Shown here in pieces: positions 16,735 to 30,178 of a stretch of 64,000 nucleotides of DNA. The position numbers and the translations under genes were made by a program. The stretch's first letter is position 1, and each line of letters begins with the position of its first letter. The notes under the pieces were generated by a model. It searched no databases. It was not told where the DNA came from and saw only the letters and a program-made list of their open reading frames with translations. Origin of the DNA: the human T2T-CHM13v2.0 reference genome, Homo sapiens; assembly GCF_009914755.1 (NCBI RefSeq), contig NC_060925.1. The stretch is one strand, 5' to 3'.

Positions 16735-17448
16735 AACTTCAAGAAACATGTCCCACATCATCCCCAACATAACCATAAACCTCACTCAAAGGAATGGCAG
16801 TCCCACTGGAACGCAAGGCCCTCCGGGTGGCTGAGTCAGTGTGCTCTGTCTCCAGCTCCTAGAAGGAGGCCTGGCTTGCAGCAGGTCCTCCATAAACATC
16901 ATCTGGAATCCAACCTTGGGATTCTCCAGCATTTGTCAGCCACCCCACCTCTTCCCATGGATCTCTGGGCCTCCAATTTTCCTTCTGCAAAATGGAGCTT
17001 ACACTCACGAACATGCTTGTGTTTGCAAAAGGAGTTACCAGATGTTTAAGAAATTCTGGGTGCCAATTAACAAGATTCTAGCTTACGGCACCAAGTGAGC
17101 AGTGCCACATCTTAGCACCAGCGGCTGCGTTTGCTCCTTCGGTGCCTTCACGTGTGTGCGATGGTGACTCCCCAGGCAGGGATTCCAGACAGAGATTCCA
17201 GTCAGAGATTCCAGGATTTCCATAAACCCCAGCCACCTGTGTGCTGCAGGCTTCTCCGGAGTGCATGGAATATTCATTCCACAGGTATTTATGGAGGACC
17301 TGCTGTAAGCCAGGCCACCTTCTAGGGGCCGGGGACAGAGCATACTGACTTGGCCACCCTGAGGGGCTTGCGTTCCAGTGGGACTGCCGTTCCTTTGAGT
17401 GAGGTTAATGGTTATGTTGGGGATGGTATGAACATGTTTCTTGAAGTT
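16735..17448. repeat. Inverted repeat C (arms 16735-16909 and 17276-17448); third partial direct copy at 20721-20835
   Basis: The reverse complement of 17276-17448 aligns along the whole of 16735-16909 (aacttcaagaaacatg...cctcactcaaaggaa...gcaggtcctccataaa...ggaat). Confidence 0.93.
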
Positions 17449-17449
17449 C

Positions 17450-18279
17450 AAAGCTGGTGCTGTGAGCAGCGGGTCCTCCGAGAACAGGGCTGGAGCCAAC
17501 TTGCACCATTGCACTTCCCATGACGCTGGGCCTGGGGTCCTGATCTTGAGAATCTACCATTTATACAGTGATGTACAGGCAGTCCCCTCTGGAGCCCTCT
17601 ATCTGGGCAAGGCCTCTGCCCAGAGGAGCCGGCTGAGGACAGAGTAATTTCCATGGGAGCATGGAGGCTGGCTGTCCTCTCTGTGAGACTTGCTGGGCCC
17701 CACACAGCTGGGGTGCTGGAGGCCTTTGCTGGGGCTTTTGAACATCAGGGCCCAGGGCTGCCACGGCTGGGTGTGGAGTCCTGGGCAGGATCAACGCATC
17801 ATTTATTCCTCAACGTCCCCCATCTGGAGTGGGGGTCTTGGACTTCCTCCCATCTCAAGGCATGTGATAACTAGGTGTGGTCAGCAAGTCACCCTGCAAC
17901 TGTGATGTCCCAGCCACCCACTACAGTCTGAGCTGGGCCAGTGGGCACTCCCAGGCTCAGAGGACATGGCTAAGGAAGGGTCCACAGGACACTGGCACAA
18001 AAGTGCCTTGAAGTAGCCCACATTGATACTACCAGGAAAATCACTCAAAAGCCCCCGACTTACTACACTTAGTAAAAGCTGCCAGTGTTGCAAGCACACT
18101 GTGAGTGGCGTCCTAGAGGGTCCACGACACAGAAAGCTCTCACTGAGCAGCGCTTCCTCTGAGAACAGGGCTGGAGCCCGGCTTGCATCATTGCACATCC
18201 CATGTCACTGGGCCTGGGGTCTTGGTCTTTAGAATCTGCCTTTTACACAGTGATGAGCAGGCCATCCCCTCTGGAGCCC
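17450..18279 (+). repeat. Dispersed direct duplication D (17450-17597 / 18133-18279)
   Basis: tgagcagcg...gagaacagggctggagcc...ctgggcctggggtc...agaatct...acagtgatg...cccctctggagccc occurs twice. Confidence 0.9.
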
Positions 18280-19004
18280 CCTCGGCCAGCCCTGGCATTG
18301 CTTGTTCCCCGACTGTGGTGCTGTGTCCTGGGCACTCTGAGGATTCCCTTCTTCTTGAAGGGTATCAGAGCCCAGCCCGGTGGGGTCAGCCACCTGTGCG
18401 GAATCCTCTCCAGACAAGTCAGCTCTGGTGCAGAGGCGGCTCGTGGCTTGTGGAACATCAGAAGACAGAGGAGCCTCCTGGGGACTGAGCTCCAGCACCA
18501 ACAAGGCCGGGCCCCTCCCAGCAGGTTCCCACATGGCCTTCTCATCAAGGGCTCCTTGGAGGAAACCCAGCTGTGTGCCGACCACAGAGAACCTCGCTCA
18601 AGCTAGGAAAGTTCTTGGACTGCTTAATAAAATCGCAATGTTTGTTAATAAAATCATACTTTAGTTGCCCCGAGGGACGTATGATTTAAATAAATGCTGC
18701 AGGTGGGTATTGTTGATTTAGAAATGACTTAAACGTCTCCAGCTCTGGGACTGGCACCAGAACACAGGGATCACCAAGCGCCCTGCCTTTGGAGTGTTCC
18801 CGAACCGGCAGGAGGGACGGGACAGGTCCATGCACAACCCCTCTCCAGGGACTTGTATTTGGGAGAGACGCATCTCCCCCTTCCCATCTACCAGGGTAAC
18901 ACGTGTGTGGATTTCCTTCCAGAGTCCTTTTTCACAGTCACCATTTCACAATTATGTCATCAGATTTTCTAGGCAAGACCTTGTAAATCACTACATATTT
19001 ACTT

Positions 19005-19211
19005 ATCAAATAGTAGGTATTTGAATACCTGCTATCTAAATACTAGCTGTACCTCATATTTAAACTTATTAAACACTGGGTATTTAAACTTGCTTATCAA
19101 ATCCTAGGTAGCTGAATACCTACTTATTTCAATACTATCTATACCTCACATTTAAACTTAGCTATTAAATATTAGGTGTTTAATTTAAACTTACGAAACG
19201 CTAGGTATTTG
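19005..19211. repeat. Degenerate AT-rich tandem repeat with palindromic core; resumes after the L1 at 20009-20050
   Basis: Recurring units taggtatttgaatacct, tacctca(t/c)atttaaactta and taggtattt. Confidence 0.75.
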
Positions 19212-20008
19212 ACCATCTCACGCCAGTTAGAATGGTGATCATTAAAAAGTCTGGAAACAACAGATGCTGGCAAGGATGCGGAGAAATAGGAATGCTTTCA
19301 CACTGTTGGTGGGAGTGTAAATTAGTTCAACCATTGTGGAAGACAGTGTGGAGGTTCCTAAAGGATCTAGAACCAGAAATAACATTTGAGCCAGCAATCT
19401 CATTACTGGGTATATACCCAAAGGATTATAAATCATTTTACTATAAAGACACATGCACACTTAAGTTTATTGCAGCACTATTTCCAATAGCAAAGACTTG
19501 GAACCAACCCAAATGCCCATCAATGATAGATTGGATAAAGAAAATGTAGCACATATACACCATGGAATACTATGCAGCCATAAAAAAGGATGAGTTCATG
19601 TGTTTTGCAGGGACATGGATGAAGCTGGAAACCATCATTCTCAGCAAACTAACACAAGAACAGAAAACCAAACACTGCATGTTCTCACTCAAAAGTGAGA
19701 GTTGAACTATGAGAACACATGGACACAGGGAGGAGAACATCACACAACAGGGCCTTTCGGAGGGTGGGGGCAAAGGGGAGGGAGAGCATTAGGAGAAATA
19801 CCTAATGCATGTGGGGCTTAAAACCTAGATGATGGGTTGATAGGTGCTTCAAACCACCATGGAACTTGTATGCTTATGTAACAAACCTGTACGTTTGGCA
19901 CATGTAAAATTAAAGTAAAATTTAAAAATTTTTACTTGTAAATTATTACAAGTAAAATCAGCACATGTAAAATTAAAGTAAAATTTAAAAAAAAAAAATT
20001 TAAAAAAA
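19212..20008 (+). mobile_element. L1PA 3' fragment (ORF2 C-terminus, 3' UTR, A-tail)
   Basis: ORF 19232-19549 (KSGNNRCW...[14 protein letters not shown]...WIKKM) is the L1 ORF2 Cys-rich end; TSD gaaa(cg/tc)ctaggtatttg at 19195-19211 / 20009-20025. Confidence 0.95.
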
Positions 20009-20869
20009 GAAATCCTAGGTATTTGAATACCTAGTGCCTAGTAGGTATTTACTTCCCTAGTCCCTAGTAAATTACACATCACCTAGTAAGTTGCAGGCTC
20101 CAGGCAATATGGGAGAAGCTATAAACACGTGGGTGCTTGGCGGTGCAGTAGATCCCCTCCTCCACTGACTAATCCACTTTCCTATGCCCATCTTGTTGTC
20201 CATAACGAAAACCCAAGCCCTAACAAAATTCCAGTGATTGCAGGAAGCTGTCAGTAACCCGTGGGTTCTTTACTCCTATCTGCCATGGGTCTGCTGTGCT
20301 GAGCACTGAGAAGGCAGAGGTCGCGTTGCAGAGAGTAGGGGCTGCCACGGACAGCTTTGGGACTGAAGAGAGACATGGTCAGGAGCTCCAAAGGAGGGTA
20401 TAGTGTGTCCCAGAGGAGACAGGCTATGTGGCCTGGCTGCAGGGGCCAAGAAAGTGGGGAGATGGAAGACTGGCCATGAGCTGGAGCAAGGCCCTGGGAA
20501 CTGAGGGAACATCTCATCTTTTGCTGAAGGCGCTGTTGGAAAGGCCTGGAGAGAGCTGCCACCTGAGCTCCAGGGCAGGGGGCTGGAGGTAGATTTGGCT
20601 GAGTTTGGCTGGGACAGGGCAAGCAGGGGAGGCTCTGGAGCCAGAGAGACGGAGGTTGTGCTACCACCAGCTGCACATCCTGGACCAATGGCTTCACCTC
20701 TGAGCCCACCCGAAAAGGAGAACTTCAAGAAACATGTCCCACATCATCCCCAACAGAACCATAAACCTCACTCAAAGGAACGGCAGTCCCACGGGAACGC
20801 AAGGCCCTCCGGGTGGCTGAGTCAGTATGCTCTGTGAGAATTGCAGAGGGACAGAGAAAGTTTGAGCCC

Positions 20870-21291
<422 letters not shown>

Positions 21292-21876
21292 TTACGTGCC
21301 CTTCAGCGTTTATGAAGCTGGGGTGCCACCGTCTCGTTTTATTCTCACCAGTGCCCTGTGAAGAGAACCAGGCAGATTCTCCGATCCCTGTGCTATCCAC
21401 GAGATGTGTGGCGTGCACAGTGATTCGTGACTTTTCGCACAGGATGTGTCAGGAGGGAGATGCTCACAGGGTGTTTGTCCTGGAACGCTCCCACCTCTTC
21501 CCTGCCCAGCTCAGCACCGTGGGGACAGGAGTGGGACACGAAGACAGAGGTCACTTTTGACGGGGGCTTTAGCTGGGGTCTGCTGAGTGCATCTGTGGGG
21601 TGGGTTTGGGTTTCTGCCTCTGGGACTTGCCTGAAGCGAGGCGTGTGCACGATGCTTGTGATTGTTAATGAAGCCTCCTCAGCGGTGTCTGCGACTCCCT
21701 AACAGCCTGTGGGTGCAGGCTTGGTGCTGGTGAGGGTGACGTGGCAGCTTCCGCCTCTGCAGGGTCGGCCGGCCTGCCCCTTACCAGCCGCAGGACCAGC
21801 CGGGAGAAGGCTGGAGGCGGGTCCCACTGCCTGAGGGCCTGGGTGCAGCCTCACTGCCCCACAAGCAGAACCAACG

Positions 21877-21972
21877 CCTGCGAGCTCCTTAACAATGCGC
21901 GGTGTGGGCCACCTGCGAGCTCCTTAACAATGCGCGGTGTGGGCCACCTGCGAGCTCCTTAACAATGCGCGG
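21877..21972. repeat. 35-bp perfect tandem repeat, about 2.7 copies
   Basis: cctgcgagctccttaacaatgcgcggtgtgggcca starts at 21877, 21912 and 21947. Confidence 0.97.
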
Positions 21973-22930
21973 CCCCATGCCGGACCTACTGTGTTCCGAC
22001 AGAATCCGCGGCATAGAATCAGCCCTGCGCCTCCAGAGCCCAATCCTAATGCCCCCACCTGGAAGGGGCTTCTGTTGTCCTGGGACCAGCTTCAGAATGG
22101 CAGGTGATGAAGCCAAGATCCGCGGATCCACCGAGGGTCAGGGGCCCGGCCTGAGTCGCTTGGCTGGCGGCAGCTCTGGAGTTCAGCCACAGTGAAGCTC
22201 CCTCCTGGGATTCCAGGACCCATCACAGGGCCTAGCTCGGAAGATGCGCTGCTTCCGGGCTTGCCAGCGTGTGGAGCATTTCACCGGGGATTTCTAAGAT
22301 CGTGTGGCTCTTGCTTAGGTATGATTAAGACGTCTCATAAGATAAACTCTCACAGAGGAAAGAACACGTCTCCTCCTCCCCTTGGGGCCAGGCTTGGGTA
22401 GAGGAGGTACAGCCGCTCCTGGGATCTTCCCATGTCCCGGGCGGTTCTCCAGTGCCTGAGGCACAGACACCAGCCCCAGAGCCCCCACCTCAGCCCGGAG
22501 CCCTGCACAGGGCCTGCAAAGAACATGGGGGTGATTATTGCGGCGATACCTGGTGCTGAGACTCACCAGGTCTCACACAAGCATTAACTCTATCAACCCT
22601 CACAAAAGCCCACAAGGAAACTGGGGCTCAGAGAGGGTGATAAATGTGCCCAGGGTGGCACAGCAGGCACATCCAACCCAGGTCCTGCTGGTTCCAGGGC
22701 ACACTGAGTCTGCTCCCCACCCCCAGGCTCTGCTCAGGATGGATGGGTGGGAGCTCTGCCCCTCCCAGCCCTTCTGGCCCAGGGAAAGGTTTCTCTGGCA
22801 CCAGCAGCGTGGCTCTCGGCCCCTCTTCAGTTCTGTCTTCTTCCAAGCTGCCCACCTGTCATCTCTTCCCTTCCGCCCTCTACACTCGGAGTGGAGCCTG
22901 TTTCCAGCCTGCAGTCAATCACGTGCTGCT

Positions 22931-23134
22931 GGGTGCTCACCGTCCTGGGTGGGTGAGTCCGTGGCTCCTTGGAGGCTGGGTTGGTGATCTTTCCTGACTG
23001 TGGGTGCTGGCCGTCCTGGGTGGGTGAGTCCGTGGCTCCTTGGAGGCTGGGTTGGTGATCTTTCTGACTGTGAGTGCTCACCGTCCTGGGTGGGTGAGTC
23101 CGTGGCTACTTGGAGGCTGGGTTGGTGATCTTTC
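22931..23134. repeat. ~70-bp minisatellite, 3 copies
   Basis: ccgtcctgggtgggtgagtccgtggct(c/a)cttggaggctgggttggtgatctttc repeated with period 70-71. Confidence 0.95.
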
Positions 23135-25399
23135 ATAGCCTTTCTCAGAACAAGCTCAGACATGAGAGTGGGGCACAGCTCTGTTGGTCCAACCAAGTTG
23201 AGAAAAGGCAAAGAAAAGTAAATGGACAACACTCCACCCTTGCTGTTGCCCAAATCATAATTTTCATGCATCAAGATGGCTGTGGGGTCCTGAAGTCACT
23301 TGGAAATATGAAAAGGGAGGGGACAGATGCAAAGAGAATGCAGGCACATGAGTGGTGAGATTGTGTCCTCCCCGAGCCAGTGTCCCTCTGGATTCAAGCC
23401 CCAGCACTGCCATCCCTGTGGTTGTTGAAGGACACCCACTGCCTTCTTCCTGTCCCTGCAATTAATGAAAACAAATGCCACCTGGAGCCCGATGCTGTCT
23501 TCTTTTGGACTCGGCTGCCCTGGAAAATCAGCTCACCCCCTTCCCTGCCTTCTCCTTTTTGACTTCAAACAAATGGACAAAATCACACCCTGCTGCTTTC
23601 TGATGAACCAAATTCCCCGGCACTAATGGAGTGATTTCTGTTCAGTTCCCATCCATCATATTCCTGCCAGGTTCACTGGCTGCTGATGGAAACATGCAGT
23701 GGATGTTACTGTCAACACACAGCTCCAAGAAGCTGAGAATCAGGGGTCGGCTCTTTCTAGGATGTGACCTGGAGCAGCAGAAAGGAGTGGCACTCCCTAC
23801 TCCCACCCAGCCTGGTGATTCAAGGGTCTCGGCTAAAGCTGTTCAGCCCCAGGGCTGAGTGTGTTTGGGGCTGTGACACCCTCTCTCTGGGCCATTTGCA
23901 GTCAGAATATCTTCCCATCTGGGGCTGCTTTGTCCTGGCAGGCCCAATAATGCACCCATGCCTGAGTGAGAGCAGCGGCTGCTGCACGGCAGCCTGACCT
24001 GGTCTCACCTTGAGGCAGGTGTACTCTAAGCTCCCAGGACCTTGACAGACACACACTATTCTCCCTTAGTGAGTTCTAGGATCCCCAGGCAGTCTCACTC
24101 CCCTTCTGAAAACAAGGGCTCCCAGGTAACCAAACAATCACCCCAAAACAGGCATGCATTTCCATCTGTATCTTAATTCCACACAAACAGTAGAATTTCT
24201 ACAGGACAAAGAGGCTATAGAGATTGGAAACAAAGGGACAGCCTCTGCTGCCAGCTCATGCTCCCCCACCTCACCACTCCCCTTTCACAGCAAAAGCAAA
24301 CTAAGTGTCAGACAGTGCCCTACACCCTGCCCCCAGCCTTTGTGCTGTAACTAGGCATCATCCTGGATAAGTCCAGGCCTCCATGAAAGAACTCTCCTGA
24401 GGACGAATGGTTTTCTTTCCCTTAGGTGGACATCTGAGTAGAGGCCCTGACAGGAGTCAGGGCGTGGCACCTAAGGCCAGGCCAGGCAGGTGCTTTGACT
24501 CTACGGGGGCACCAGCCCAGTGCGTTCTTGATGGACACTGTATCCTACGGCCGGCTCGTCTCTCTGCTTTATGTGTTTTCAGACTTGTCAGCCTGGTAGG
24601 TTTCCAATTGTTTTTAGCAGTCTTCTGTATGAAAGAAAAGGAGCTGCACCCAACAGTGTCATAAAAACCCGCGTATCAGCTGGCAAAACGCAATTCCTTC
24701 TAAAACCCGAGAATGATTTTCTAGATGGCTCATGGCAGAACCTTAACAGAAAGAAGCACATAGATACAGACAGCAAGAGGGAGATTCATGGAGTGAAATA
24801 GCTTTCGTGAACGTGGGCACAGGAGAATGAAGGTTGGTGGAAGCTGCCCTTCTGGTGGCCTTGGCAGAGAAACCAATACTAAAACTCGGGGAAAGGAAAC
24901 ACCTCCCATGAAAACCTTTAAAAAGAACACTTTGTTTTCGATGGCATCTGTGTTCTGACAAACGGCTGAGCACTGAGCAGGCCAGATCAGTTCGTTTTGC
25001 AAATTTTATTTTAAGTAATTGAGTCATCTAAGGATGATTTACCAAGTGCCTCTCGCATGGGAGTTTCTATACAAAGCCCTGGGCAACCCAGGGTGGAAGT
25101 TGCCAGCCCTGCCTTCAAGGAGCGTGGCTGGGCTGCAGGCATGCATGGCCTGAGGGGAGTCTAGCATTCTTCTGTAGTCAATTCTTACATCAATTTGTAA
25201 GAATGTTGAATACAGGTGTAGCTTGAAGCAGGGCTCAGTCACCCTGGACAGTTTCCAGTTCTCCCCTACACCCAAATGGCTCAAGCTGGTGCCCAGAGAT
25301 AAGAACCCGGAGGCATCTCTTCTGCCCAGCACTTTCCTGTTTGCTTCCCTTAAGCGGACGATTCAAGCATTTGCCCATGATCTTAAAGTGACTCACACC

Positions 25400-25910
25400 C
25401 TGTTCCTTATATATACTGCCAGTTGCCACGTGCTCTCTCTCTGCCTGACTATGTCTCTGCCTGGGAGGACAGAGAACTGCCCTCCCCAACTCGCTGCTCC
25501 CTTCTTGCCCAGGATTTGTAAGTAAAAAGTCTTCAAACTTGTTTCCTACCGTGGTGTGCATTGAATTTCTGCCTTCCATCGGAGGATCTAGGGGCTGTCC
25601 CAGGCTCTGAGATGCCAGAGAGAACGCAAAGCCAGGCTCCCAGCACCCGAGCAACAGTCAGGCAGGCATAAACTGGACACGGCTCAGACAAAAGCCACCC
25701 GGGCATCTACCAGAATGACCAAGTTCCCCATGAGGGACGCCTGCTCATGGGTCTGACAGCCAGGCATTAGCCCGTCCACCAGGTAATAGAAGTTTCCCAT
25801 GAAAGGTGAACTGTGAACACCACGTTTAGCTCCCCTTCATTTTCCATTAGGGCAGGATTGCCAACTGTTCTGATACTGAAACCCCAACTTGGCTGGTGGC
25901 TTGCAAAACA
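25400..25910. mobile_element. Old LTR fragment (ERVL MER54/MER74-like); left boundary approximate
   Basis: End segment tagggcaggattgcc...tactgaaaccccaacttggctggtggcttgcaaaaca resembles a recalled consensus. Confidence 0.4.
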
Positions 25911-28294
25911 TTTTCAACCAGGAAAAGGCAAAAAATAGAGTCAGCAGCATCTCTGGCGTCAGAGCCAAACTTGCCTCCGGTGGAAGGTTTCAGCCATGAT
26001 CTCCAATCACACTTCGTTGCCTGATTCTCTATGCTTACAGTGCAAGCAAGGAAGAGGATTGGAAGCACCATGTGAGGTGGGCACAGCTCACAACCTGGAG
26101 GGTCTCAAGTGACGTGTTCGGCCCATGACCCATTAGCAATGTTATAGGAATCTATTTTCTGGTTAGAGGTTGGGTGGGTGGACTTCTAAAGGTGCAATGA
26201 GGATTCTTGTCTGGGAACAATTCTCAGTCTTGCTTGGTATCAGATGCAGCCTTGGGAGCTGGGACATTCCAGGGAACTTTATAGTTGACTGCAGAAAGGG
26301 ACCATTCGGAGCCCCGCCGGGGACAACTCCCCACATTCCTAGTACCCATTCAAGGTCAAGTAAGTACTACCCCTGGAGGGGTTTGCTTTCATGTTTTTCA
26401 AAGTTGAATCATCTTCTGTCGACAGAAAAATGGCAGAATTCATTGTCCAACTCTGGCTGTATTTTGGGGGTGTCTCCCTAACAGGTGTTTGCAAAGATTT
26501 TCAGGTTTAGAGGAGTCACATAGGAGAACAACAGGCAGCTCTGGTTTTGCAGTTAACAAATGCACAGGAACATAATTTGGAATCTCTGTATGTATACATA
26601 TCTAATTATAGTAACATAATACAAAAATATAATATTTAATATCTATGTTGATGCAAAGGTCGGAGAAACCTTTGAGCCTGCTGGTTTACCTTCCAAACTT
26701 AATGTAATAACCCTCAGGAGCATTGCAAGGGGACTTTGAAACTCTGGGCTCCTGCTTCTGGGCTGCAGCCTCCAGACATCCTCTGTAGTCTGTAACATAG
26801 CTAGTGGGGGCGTAAGGGGTGACTCCAGCCATTCCAACATGTTTAGACTATGTTAATGATGAGGTGAGGCTCTGTGATCGGGAAAGTGACCCCTCTGGCT
26901 ATCACATTTCTTCGGGAGCCTTTGTCCTGGTCCCAGAGGCTGACCAGACCACTGAAAAGGAGAAAACAGGAATGTTAATTATGTAGCTCCCATGCTACCC
27001 AGAGAATTTACTGAGCAAGAACCCAACAACTGCTTGGGAAAATTGAGGGCGCGTGCCCTTGGAGAACAAGGTTCTTTTGCACATTGCCCATACCGGTGCT
27101 TACAACAGACCTCATGGCTGGAAGAATCTCAAGCATGACCTGATAATAACATGCTCTTAGAAACGGGGGCTGAAATGACTGATGCTCTGCCAAGCAGTGG
27201 GTTAAGTGGATTCCAGGAATTGTTCCTGATTCTCAGCAGCAGCAACCTGCCTGGCATGTGGTCAATTCCATCCTCATCACTAAAACCTAACCTCTTCAAG
27301 GTCACCAAGGACTTCCACGTGGCTGAATCTAAGGGACGTGTCTGTCCTCATCATGCTCAACCTTTCTGCAGTATTTAGCACAGCAGGTCATCCTTTTCTC
27401 ATGTCACCCCTCCCTGGGTCACTTCCTACCCCCCTGGCAGCTCCTCCCCAAACTACTTTGCTGTCTCCTGTTCCTCAGCTCAGTCTTTAGAGATCAGAGC
27501 ACCCCATCTCCCTCCTGACTCCTTCTCATCTCTATCTCCACCCATTCTAACTTCATCATCCAACCCCATGGTTTTAAATCACCCCATGGACTGATGATTC
27601 ACAAATGTCTCTCTCCTCCCTGTGGCTCTGGTCTCACACATCCAGCTGCTTGCTTGACTTCTCCACTTGAAAAAGCACCATACATCTCAAGCTCAGCATG
27701 TCCCAGGGACAGCCTGGTCTCCTGCCTGCCCTGGCATTGTCCCTCACTGTTCTTCCACCCTTCAATGAATCTGACCACCCCAAAACTCGGAAATCATTCC
27801 AGATACTGTGTTGTCTTCTCCTCCCACACTCAAATCCTCACCCAGCTCTGTGGCTCTCTGGCTGGGTCACTGCAAGGCTCGAGATCCCTGTACCTGCTGT
27901 ATCTGCTGCACTTCCCCCATCGTGGGCCCATCAGAGTCCTGGATTCCTGCAGTAGCTCCCACCCATCTTCCCACGGCTTTTCATGCCTCAGAGCCTGCTC
28001 TCGACAAGGAGCCAGAGTGGCTTCTGTTTGGCTTCTTTGTTTTTAGTGTAAACCAAATCCATCGCTTTCCTCCTTAAAATCTTTCCATAATTTCCTGAGT
28101 TCTTAGAGCAAAACCTAAGCCCCTTAGTGTGGCCCACAAGACCCCATGTGGATGGGTCTCTGCTGGGGCATTTTCGTTGTCATGCCTCTGCCTGGTAGGT
28201 TCTTCCCCACCCTTAGCACATCATGTCTCACCAACCGGCCCCTAGGGCACCCCTTCTGTCCACCTCTCTAAAGGTGTTTTACACCTGTGCCTGC

Positions 28295-28655
28295 CCGTTG
28301 GTTTCCTTGGGATGCAACAACAAAGCACCTTAGCCCAAAGGGCTTCAACAACAGAACTTATTTTCCCACTGCCCTGGAGGCTGGAACCTGAGACCAAGGT
28401 TGGCAGGGTTGGTTCCTCCCAACATTTCTTTCCTTGGCTTGTAGACACCATCACCTTTCTCTGTCCTCACATGGTCATCCCTCTGTGTGTCTGTATCCTC
28501 ATGTCCTCTTTTTATAACGATGCCAGTCAGGACCCACCCTAATGACCTCATTTTAACTTAATGGCTTCTTTACAGATGCAGTCTGCAAATATACCACTTT
28601 CTGAGCTCCTGGGGTCTAGGATGCCAACAGGTACAAGAGGTACAGCCCAGACCAC
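28295..28655 (-). mobile_element. MaLR LTR (MLT1-type)
   Basis: aacaacagaacttatt...ctggaggctggaa...caaggt...aatgacctcattttaacttaa hallmarks. Confidence 0.75.
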
Positions 28656-28780
28656 ATTGTCCTGACCCTCCACATCTCATCTCTCTGCTTCTTTCTCTTA
28701 AGTAGTCACTACGTTTTAGAATGACCTCGCTCTCTTTTTATTTTTTCACCTTTTTTGTTGGCTGTCTCCCGGGATGGATA

Positions 28781-29106
<326 letters not shown>

Positions 29107-29704
29107 AGGATAGACATTTTATGAGGCTTTTCTGCTAGTTTGCCAAGTCCTCACCATCCATACCATGGAGGCTGCAATGACATCTTCTACAAATACTTGG
29201 GAAAGTTCCAGAGGAGAGGGGATTTCAGTGGAGAGGATGAAAAGTAGGAGGAACTGTTCTGGTTATTATTAGTCCCATGGAAAAGATGGGGAGGGCTCAA
29301 GGGCCAGAATCGCTGAGATGCCCAGACGTGGGCCATTCTGAACCCAAAGCTCATCACTTTCTCCTCTTCTGTCCCTGCCTGTAGGAATGGGCATTGTTGC
29401 TTCTCAAGCTCTGGGCAAAGGAGAAAAATCCCTGGTCACCTGTGCAGAACAGACGTGAGTGAGACTCTTACAAGGCCACCTGCCCAGCCCTGGTGGCTCC
29501 TAGTCCAGGACATGGAAAAGGGGCTGCTGCCCAGAAAGCCAGGAGGGCGAGAAGACCTTGAGAATGTCCAGAACACTGAGAACTGGATTAGGACCTAGAG
29601 GCACTGGGCCCCTGGAGCCTCAGAAGGATCAGATCCAGAAATGGAATTGTGCTGTCTGCATCCTCTCCCGGCCAGATGAGTGCAGAAGTTTACTCTGTGA
29701 ATGA

Positions 29705-30178
29705 CTCTCCTCTATCTGCTGTCAAAAACTACCACCTACTTGATGGCTTTAAACGGCAGAAATTTATTCTCCCACAGTTCTGGAGGTAAGAAGTCCAGAA
29801 TCAAGGCATCGGCAGGGCCATACTCCCTCTGAAGGTTCTGGGAAAGGGTCCTTCCCCGCTTCATCCAAAGCGGACTCCTGACATTCCTCACAGATGGCCA
29901 CATCACTCCAATCTCTGCCTCTATCATCACATCGCCTTGTCCTCTGTATGTGTTTGTCCCCAAACTCCCTCTGCCTCTCTCTTAAAAAGATACACATGAT
30001 TGCATTTGGGGCTGCCCAGATAATCTAGGATAAGCTCTTCTTTTCAAGATCCTTAGCCTAATCACATTTTTTGCCATAAAAGGGAACATTCTCTCTTCTG
30101 TCACATAAGGTGGCATTCCTGTGTTCTGGGGATTAGGATGCAACCTGTCTCTCTGGGGCCACCTGTCAGCCCACCACA
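29705..30178 (-). mobile_element. MaLR LTR (MLT1-type)
   Basis: gaaatttattctcccacagttctggagg...aagtccagaatcaagg...agatccttagcctaatcacat...cagcccaccaca. Confidence 0.8.

Noticed and set aside
21877-21972. CRISPR-like 35-bp repeats
   Set aside because: Head-to-tail with no spacers, no cas genes, and in a primate genome.
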